A stretch of 64,000 nt of DNA from Candidatus Woesearchaeota archaeon (GTDB taxonomy: Archaea; Nanobdellota; Nanobdellia; Woesearchaeales; GW2011-AR9): the NCBI GenBank assembly GCA_018696595.1, contig JABHQW010000003.1, positions 128,001 through 192,000 on the forward strand, given 5' to 3'. Below the pieces are notes generated by a model. The model was not told the DNA's origin. It was given only the letters and a program-made list of their open reading frames with translations, and searched no databases. Shown here piece by piece: positions 57,960-64,000 of this stretch; positions within the stretch are counted from its first letter, which is position 1, and every line of letters begins with the position of its first letter. Position numbers and translations under genes: made by a program.

Positions 57960-59631
57960 CAATCAGACTACAGTCTCCACCCTCACACAAGTAACCATCT
58001 GGACACCCCTCACCAGGATAATATTGATAACCAAATCCATTTTCATTACAAATTGTAGTGTTATAATTATATGTATTATAATTTGCATAACATTCTATGG
58101 ACGTATCTCCTGGATTACAAGGATCCTGACAACCGGCTTCATTGTTCACGATTTCACAAACGAGAGGTTCTCCACTAATTGGACTGATTTTACTAGAACA
58201 ATCAGTAACAAAAGTTGTATTCACCCCTGGACAATCGTAGATGTTTGTGAAAATGTAATTATCTCCTTCACAACTATACTTATACTCTTTATGTTTACAA
58301 CATCCGAACCCATCTAAACAATTATGTGGTTGAGACCCATAACCACAGAATTTATCTTGTTCATAAGTACTACAATTTTGGTTGTAATATGTAAGAGTCG
58401 CATAAGTTTTTGGCCCTTTTGTCCCACAAGTAATCTCTCCAGTTGCTTGACCTTGTTCACAACCAGGTTTTTCCACAGCAACACAATTATTAGCCTCACA
58501 ACTATAATCTGAAGGACATTCTAAACCCCCCTCATACTGTTGATAATTACAGTTAACTGTTCCACCACAACCATCATCAATAATGCCACATTCTTTGATT
58601 CCCCCTGCATAATCTTGATAAATACATTCTTTTGGAACACACTCAGCACAAACATGTTTAATGTCAAAATCACCAACAAGAGCATTAGAAGCATTAACAA
58701 AGTTGTAAGTGATTCCCCCATGCTTCAAATTAAAAATTACTTCCCAAGAATTGTCATTAAAACTTAATGGCCTTGTATGTGTGTCCCCAGTTTGAAAATC
58801 CTTAAACAGTATATTCTTACCATAAAGGTCATCAACTTCATCTGCACCTTTATACCCAAACACGTTCCCGTCAGCAGTAATAAAGTTTCCTTTATGTTTG
58901 ATTATAGTATTCTCAGTACAATCTCCCAACTCAATTGGAATTTGTTCTACACATTCAACTTCATCAGCTGCACAATCACTTTTACAGGAAGACCACAAAT
59001 CATCACAATTGTTTTCTCCTTCTTCTTCACAGTCATATAAATCTTCACCACAATCTTTCTCACACTTCTGAAGAGCTGCAGTACATTCTGCGGTATTAAC
59101 CTTTGCAACACAAACTCCCTCAGCATTACATTTGTAATCTGATCCACATTGACTATCAGAACTACACTTACAAGCCCAAGCAACATAATTCTTAGTCATC
59201 GGGTTTTTAATGTCTCCGTATTGAAGTTTAAGTGGTACACTAACAAACTCATTACAACCATGATTGCTTACTTTACTATAATCAACAGAAGGTAAATCTC
59301 CAGAGCAACGTCGCTCATAAAATTTATTTTTTCTACCATTGTAATAATCTGTCTTTGAAAAAACTTTTTGAACACCATACTTTTCTTTAAGTACAGTAAT
59401 GTAACCAGGAACATAGATATTACTTCCACCGTCTGAATCTTCACAAGAGACATAAGTGGTGCTTCTTATTTTAGTTGCCTGACCAGCCATTGCTTCGCCT
59501 TCTTCTTCATCAAATCCTTCTGGGAATTCCATGTCATCCGGATCAACTTCTTCATCAACTTCTGAACCACAACCAACAATAAACATTGCCATAACAAGCA
59601 TACTTAATAGAATTAAAAAATTTTTTTTCAT
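57955..59631 (-). CDS. Cys-rich mosaic lipoprotein, copy 2
   Basis: GAGGTTGA SD, ATG 59631; MFIVGC lipobox; CEDSDGG, CGIIDDGCGG and CEQGQATGEITC modules. Confidence 0.85.
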   Translation of the reverse strand: MKKNFLILLSMLVMAMFIVGCGSEVDEEVDPDDMEFPEGFDEEEGEAMAGQATKIRSTTYVSCEDSDGGSNIYVPGYITVLKEKYGVQKVFSKTDYYNGRKNKFYERRCSGDLPSVDYSKVSNHGCNEFVSVPLKLQYGDIKNPMTKNYVAWACKCSSDSQCGSDYKCNAEGVCVAKVNTAECTAALQKCEKDCGEDLYDCEEEGENNCDDLWSSCKSDCAADEVECVEQIPIELGDCTENTIIKHKGNFITADGNVFGYKGADEVDDLYGKNILFKDFQTGDTHTRPLSFNDNSWEVIFNLKHGGITYNFVNASNALVGDFDIKHVCAECVPKECIYQDYAGGIKECGIIDDGCGGTVNCNYQQYEGGLECPSDYSCEANNCVAVEKPGCEQGQATGEITCGTKGPKTYATLTYYNQNCSTYEQDKFCGYGSQPHNCLDGFGCCKHKEYKYSCEGDNYIFTNIYDCPGVNTTFVTDCSSKISPISGEPLVCEIVNNEAGCQDPCNPGDTSIECYANYNTYNYNTTICNENGFGYQYYPGEGCPDGYLCEGGDCSLIE

Positions 59632-59661
59632 TTTCACATCAACCTCATTTTTTACCAAATT

Positions 59662-59690
59662 TTAAATTAAATTAAATTAAATTAAATTAA
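59662..59690. repeat. (TTAAA)n pentanucleotide tract between TATA box and SD
   Basis: 5 full + 1 partial units here, versus 2 full + 1 partial (plus one CTAAA) at 57775-57793. Confidence 0.85.
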
Positions 59691-59719
59691 GTAAACTTAA
59701 TTCCTTTATAACTTTTTCC

Positions 59720-60436
59720 TTACCCTATAGTATAAACCATTTCCTGAATGCCACCAGCATAAGCCTGGTAAGTGATTTCAATAATGTTTAATTTAACCCC
59801 ACCATAAGTCAGATTTTCACCCATAGCAACAAAATTACTTTTGTGATCGTCAATGATAATTCTTGCCCCTTCTTCACTCAGAATATAAAGAGTAACATTA
59901 TGTTCAACATCACCAACAGTAATTTGGGTAGTCTCACCAACTTTCAAAAGAAGAGTAGGGTTTTCTGCTTCTTCATCATCATCAACGGGTTCAACAACTT
60001 CAACAGGTTCTGTATAATTCTCTGGCATAGGATTACATTTCCCATCTAAACAACCAAAATCACAATCTTCTTTCTTAATCCAACCACAATCTTCTTTTTT
60101 ATAACCTCTACGAGATTCGTCAATACATTTAAATCCAACATCACAAACTTCTGCTGGCTTACAAACACCATCAACACAAGAAGTTTTACAATCTTTTTTA
60201 TCGCCAAAAGTACAATCAGAATTCCGATAAACCATTTTATCGCTACTTAGACAAACCCAACCAGCTTGACAATCTCCTGCAACTTCAGTTTCAGATTCTT
60301 CATTAGAATCATTAACCGCATCAACATCAACAGAATCATCAGTTTCATTAGTATCATCTTCAACAGAGTCACAAGAAACAAGTAATAAACTAAAAATAAA
60401 AACCATAAATAATAAAATTATTTTTTTAATCATCAT
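59720..60436 (-). CDS. Cys-rich lipoprotein with two short repeats and a C-terminal beta domain
   Basis: LLLVSC lipobox; two C..G..C....Y...C.....C...C..G.C repeats. Confidence 0.8.
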   Translation of the reverse strand: MMIKKIILLFMVFIFSLLLVSCDSVEDDTNETDDSVDVDAVNDSNEESETEVAGDCQAGWVCLSSDKMVYRNSDCTFGDKKDCKTSCVDGVCKPAEVCDVGFKCIDESRRGYKKEDCGWIKKEDCDFGCLDGKCNPMPENYTEPVEVVEPVDDDEEAENPTLLLKVGETTQITVGDVEHNVTLYILSEEGARIIIDDHKSNFVAMGENLTYGGVKLNIIEITYQAYAGGIQEMVYTIG

Positions 60437-60527
60437 TAAAACACCCCTTTTAATATTTAAAGTAATATTTTGTCATTTATATTTGTTTTGGAAAAGTTAA
60501 TTAAAGAAACCCTTGTTCAAACAATTT

Positions 60528-60854
60528 ATGTTTTGTAAAACCTGCGGCTCTTTACTAAGACCAAAAACTACTCCTTACGGAAAATGGATGGCTTGCCCTA
60601 ATGGGCATTCTCAACCAAAACTAAATCAAGAAGACACTAAACTTCAAACCAAAAACACAAACGAAGGAAAATTATTAGAAGTTAATCTAGGAGAGAACCC
60701 CTTATCTGTGCATGACCATATCTGTCCAAGATGTGGACATAACAAAGCAGAACTGATTGAAATTAGTGCAAACTATTCTGACGAAGATAACATTTACAGA
60801 ATGAAATGTGGCAAATGCAGTTTTGTTGTCCAGTTAGAAGGTAAGACCACTTAA
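60528..60854 (+). CDS. tfs: Transcription factor S / RpoM-like two-zinc-ribbon protein
   Basis: MFCKTCGSLL; C-terminal CPRC-x24-CGKC with acidic hairpin SDE. Confidence 0.78.
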   Translation: MFCKTCGSLLRPKTTPYGKWMACPNGHSQPKLNQEDTKLQTKNTNEGKLLEVNLGENPLSVHDHICPRCGHNKAELIEISANYSDEDNIYRMKCGKCSFVVQLEGKTT

Positions 60855-62332
60855 CCTTTAACATTACCAATTGGAACCAACTTAACAACTTTCTTAGCAA
60901 TACCTAACTGGCTAGATGTTTCCGCAACAATTTCTATATCTTTGTATGCACCACCTGCTTCTTCAGCAAGACCTCTCATGCTAACCCCATGAACATAAAT
61001 TCCTTTCTTCAACATGCTTTCTTGTAACTGAGCACCATCAAATTGTCTTTTAGCAGCAGCACGACTCATAATCCGACCAGCACCATGAGCAGTAGAAGCA
61101 AAAGTTTCTTGATCTGCTTTATCGTTACCAACCAAAATGTAAGATCCAGTTTCCATACTTCCTGGAAGAATTACTGGTTGACCAATTTCTTTATATCTGT
61201 CAGGCAACTCCTCATTCCGAGCAGGACCAAAAGCACGAGTTGCTCCTTTTCTATGTACAACTAACTCTTTCTCTTTACCATCAACAACATGTTTCTCTAA
61301 TTTAGCAATATTATGACAAACGTCATACACTAAATTAATCTCGGTTGATTCTCCAAAAATTTTCTTAAAAACTTCTCTAACTCTGTGCATGATAACTTGA
61401 CGATTAGCAAATGCCATGTTTGCAGCACAAGCCATAGCAGAATAGTAAGCTTTCCCATCAGGAGAATTCATTGGTGCACAAGCTAGTTCCTTATCCAGAA
61501 TATTAATCCCATATTGTTTCATTACTCCTAAAAATTTACGCATGTAATCTGTTCCAACTTGATGCCCTAAGCCCCGAGAACCACAATGAATCATTAAACA
61601 AACTTGCCCATCCCCAGTAATTCCCATAGTTTTAGCAATTTCCGGATCAAGAATATTTTCTTCTTTAACTTCTTGAATTTCTAAAAAATGATTACCCGAA
61701 CCAAGAGTTCCAACTTGATCAAATCCTCTTTTGATTGCTTTATCAGAAACATCTACAGGATTAGCGCCAGGTAATTTACCGCTACTTTCAGTATTAGCAA
61801 CATCATCTTCTGTAGCATAACCATTTTCTAAACACCACTGAGATCCTTTAATTAAAACTTGTTTGAATTCTTCTTTAGTAACTTTTACAAAACCAGTACA
61901 GCCAACACCTGCTGGAACTTCTTTGAAAAGTGTGTCAACTAATTCTTTAATTTTTGGTTTAACTTGATCAACAGTAAGGTTTGTGGTAACTAAACGAACT
62001 CCACAATTAATATCAAATCCAACACCGCCAGGAGAAATCACTCCACCTTCTTCTGGATCAAAAGCAGCTACGCCGCCAATGGGGAAACCGTATCCCCAAT
62101 GTCCGTCTGCCATACAAGCAGCATACTTTTGAATACCTGGAAGAGAAGCAACATTTGCCAGTTGATCAAAAACTCCACGATCCATTGAATCTAAAAGAAC
62201 TTTGTTAGCGTAAACTCTACCTGGAACATTCATCCCTTGTTTATATGAAGTAGGCAATTCCCAAATATTATCTTCAATTTTCTTTATACATTCTGGTGGA
62301 CCCATTTTAATTTCTTTTTTATGACCATTCAT
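60851..62332 (-). CDS. rtcB: RNA-splicing ligase RtcB
   Basis: DGHWGYGFPIGG, GFDINCG, GTLGSGNHFLE, HCGSRG, HN, HRKGAT, PGSM, HGAGR, EE..GAYKD. Confidence 0.96.
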   Translation of the reverse strand: MNGHKKEIKMGPPECIKKIEDNIWELPTSYKQGMNVPGRVYANKVLLDSMDRGVFDQLANVASLPGIQKYAACMADGHWGYGFPIGGVAAFDPEEGGVISPGGVGFDINCGVRLVTTNLTVDQVKPKIKELVDTLFKEVPAGVGCTGFVKVTKEEFKQVLIKGSQWCLENGYATEDDVANTESSGKLPGANPVDVSDKAIKRGFDQVGTLGSGNHFLEIQEVKEENILDPEIAKTMGITGDGQVCLMIHCGSRGLGHQVGTDYMRKFLGVMKQYGINILDKELACAPMNSPDGKAYYSAMACAANMAFANRQVIMHRVREVFKKIFGESTEINLVYDVCHNIAKLEKHVVDGKEKELVVHRKGATRAFGPARNEELPDRYKEIGQPVILPGSMETGSYILVGNDKADQETFASTAHGAGRIMSRAAAKRQFDGAQLQESMLKKGIYVHGVSMRGLAEEAGGAYKDIEIVAETSSQLGIAKKVVKLVPIGNVKG

Positions 62333-62399
62333 TTTAATTACCTCAATATTAGTATAGTATCAATTAACAGAAAATCAGCATAATCTTATTTAAAAGTTT

Positions 62400-62876
62400 C
62401 TAACTAAAAAACATCCCTATCCAAGTACCAACAAAATGAGTAATAACAATAACAATAACAGCAATAAATAAATGTTCAGCAATCATTTTCCAAGGACTTC
62501 TTTTATTTTTCCAAGCCAAGTAATAATTTAACACAACTAACAAAAACATACCCCAAATAATTGCAACAATCATTGCAGTAAACAATTCAAATAACAACAC
62601 AGGAATAATAAAAGTTAACGCAAAAACTAATTTAGTAAAAAAAGTAGCAAAAGTTGATTCCCAGACTTCTTTATGAGTTTTACGATGATCTGATTCCTCA
62701 GACATATGAATACCTAAGGCATCAGAAAAAGCATCAGCAATTGCAATGGTTAAGATTCCACCAAGAACAACTAATTTGGAACTTGTTCCGGCATTTAGGC
62801 CAACCATTAAACCAAGAGTAGTAATAACTCCAGAAGTTAAACCAAAACTAAAACCTGTCCTCATTGAGCTTTTCAT
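62400..62876 (-). CDS. VIT1/CCC1-family transporter
   Basis: FGLTSGVITTLGLMVG, IADAFSDALGIHMSEE. Confidence 0.82.
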   Translation of the reverse strand: MKSSMRTGFSFGLTSGVITTLGLMVGLNAGTSSKLVVLGGILTIAIADAFSDALGIHMSEESDHRKTHKEVWESTFATFFTKLVFALTFIIPVLLFELFTAMIVAIIWGMFLLVVLNYYLAWKNKRSPWKMIAEHLFIAVIVIVITHFVGTWIGMFFS

Positions 62877-62973
62877 GAAATAAAAGGAAAATTTTAAGGT
62901 TTATAATATTTTGGTTGTTATTATGCCCACCTAATTCCACAAATCTTTTAAAACCAACCACAAAAAAGCAAAT

Positions 62974-63255
62974 ATGTATAACCCATTAGCAAAAGAGCAT
63001 CCAGCCGAAGTATTTAAGACCTATATCAGCCACAAAGCGGACGAGTTAGGAAGACAGTTAGCAGAACCATTAGCCAAAGCAGTGGGAACAACAGCAACTG
63101 CCTACGCTATGTTAGCATCTCCTTTAATAATTGCTTCTGGATTAATTAATGGTTCAGATAAACCGGTAGAATTATTAGACAAAACAGTAGTCGTTCCTTT
63201 TAATGTACTTGAAAGTTTAGAAGGAAAATTAAGAGATTATTTTACTCGCCCATAA
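62974..63255 (+). CDS. Hypothetical protein
   Basis: 93-aa ORF with TTTTAAAA box upstream. Confidence 0.5.
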   Translation: MYNPLAKEHPAEVFKTYISHKADELGRQLAEPLAKAVGTTATAYAMLASPLIIASGLINGSDKPVELLDKTVVVPFNVLESLEGKLRDYFTRP

Positions 63256-63623
63256 ATATCTTCATAACGAATAATATCATCTTCTTTATACTCACCTTTA
63301 GAAACTTCTAAAACAAAAGCAGAACCTTCACCAGTACTTTTCATTGTGTGCACATGCTTAACAGGAATAAAAATATTATCTCCAGCAGATAAATTAAATG
63401 TTTCTAAGTTCTTTTTAATAACATCAAGACCCTCATGAACCGGTCCACGTAAAACTTCAATTTTACCAGAAATAACGTACCATGATTCTTCACGATAATT
63501 GTGGCTTTGTAAAGAAAGTTGTCCAGAAACTTCAAGAATTTTAACAGAGCATTGTTCATTATCAGCAAATAAAGTATAATTACCCCACGGCCGTTTCTCA
63601 GAATAAAAATCTTTGTCTTTCAT
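63237..63623 (-). CDS. Cupin protein (type II mannose-6-phosphate isomerase C-terminal-like)
   Basis: EKRPWGNY, LSLQSHNYREESW, H, LEVSKGEYKEDDIIRYEDIYGR. Confidence 0.88.
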   Translation of the reverse strand: MKDKDFYSEKRPWGNYTLFADNEQCSVKILEVSGQLSLQSHNYREESWYVISGKIEVLRGPVHEGLDVIKKNLETFNLSAGDNIFIPVKHVHTMKSTGEGSAFVLEVSKGEYKEDDIIRYEDIYGRVK

Positions 63624-63728
63624 TGATTAAAGAACGTAGTAATCATTTATTAATTTTGTTTAATTGAATTCTCTAATTAAGTACAATATATACATAACTA
63701 TTATAAAACCATCAAGTAAAAACACCCT

Positions 63729-64000
63729 ATGCTTAGTAAAACTGAAATAAAGCGACAATTGTTTCATTTAGCCTTAGGTTTAGCACTAGCGGGATTATAC
63801 TATTTAGACATTATCGGCCCCTTAACCATGTTCTTAGGAATAATTTGCGGTGGCCTATTAAGTTTCATTAGTAAAAGAGTAGATATACCAATCTTCAGCA
63901 CTTTCTTGGATCACTTTGAAAGAAAAGAAGTTAGAAAAAAATTTCCAGGAAAAGGAATGATTTTTTATTTTATTGGAACATTATTTGTAATGCAACTTTT
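63729..64000 (+). CDS. Dolichol/phytol kinase-like (CTP-transferase family) membrane protein, 3' truncated by window edge
   Basis: MLSKTEIKRQLFHLALG...FERKEVRKKFPGKGMIFYFIG: ExxRxxxH motif with hydrophobic helices. Confidence 0.7.
   Translation, partial: MLSKTEIKRQLFHLALGLALAGLYYLDIIGPLTMFLGIICGGLLSFISKRVDIPIFSTFLDHFERKEVRKKFPGKGMIFYFIGTLFVMQL

Noticed and set aside
56473-58317. ORFs starting MFVLKKKKKKRKKG (56473..56661, 57913..58317) and 57834..58058
   Set aside because: The poly-Lys arises from reading the duplicated oligo-T terminator on the opposite strand; the rest is antisense to the lipoprotein genes.
56518-59631. Diversity-generating retroelement (TR/VR) explanation for the near-identical segments
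   Set aside because: No reverse transcriptase in the window; the differences I compared include C/T changes and indels rather than adenine-specific substitutions; both copies are within ORFs.
241-63000. Many short ORFs (60-210 aa) antisense to or out of frame within long genes, e.g. 241..441, 2725..2976, 12341..12580, 27791..28132, 36679..37029, 51166..51798, 56668..57003
   Set aside because: They are shadows of well-supported genes, with F/S/L/I-rich compositions typical of reverse-complemented AT-rich coding DNA.
1-64000. CRISPR array, rRNA, IS/transposase, integrase
   Set aside because: No regularly spaced 25-45-bp repeats with unique spacers, no long GC-rich rRNA-like tract, and no DDE or tyrosine-recombinase motifs seen.

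Overview
AT-rich (roughly 30% GC by eye), gene-dense archaeal chromosome segment. It is most consistent with a DPANN archaeon of the Woesearchaeota/Nanobdellota type, inferred from archaeal-type LeuRS, PUA, TFS and PIN genes, TTTATAAA TATA boxes about 25 nt before leaderless starts, GGAGG/GAGGTG Shine-Dalgarno sites, BHB tRNA introns and KRAQ-type signal peptides. Housekeeping genes: tmk, rarA, leuS, metG, nth, hppA, rtcB, tfs, a SufS-like cysteine desulfurase, phoU-like, radical SAM, site-2 protease. Most notable: (1) a tRNA-Ile(GAU) split by two BHB introns (22 nt at 37/38 and a branched 84-nt intron in the T-loop at 59/60); (2) a roughly 12.7-kb tightly coupled operon of giant secreted proteins (792, 1126, 1679 aa, the first with a class III/pilin-like signal peptide) with a HEPN-MNT pair embedded by overlapping start/stop codons; (3) bacterial-type signalling parts in an archaeon (intact GGDEF domain, orphan receiver domain, FHA protein, PKL kinase) among solitary leaderless orphan genes; (4) a tandemly duplicated, mosaic Cys-rich lipoprotein array whose duplication left a remnant of the site-2 protease 5' end and variable (TTAAA)n tracts; (5) a P-loop kinase/dCMP deaminase fusion just downstream of a RelBE pair; (6) unannotated structured elements and small ORFs (four-way-junction leader plus 25-aa ORF, 16-aa uORF before phoU, GC-rich hairpin after metG). 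No CRISPR array, rRNA, transposase, integrase or reverse transcriptase was seen. All calls come from motif reading by eye; no database searches were run.
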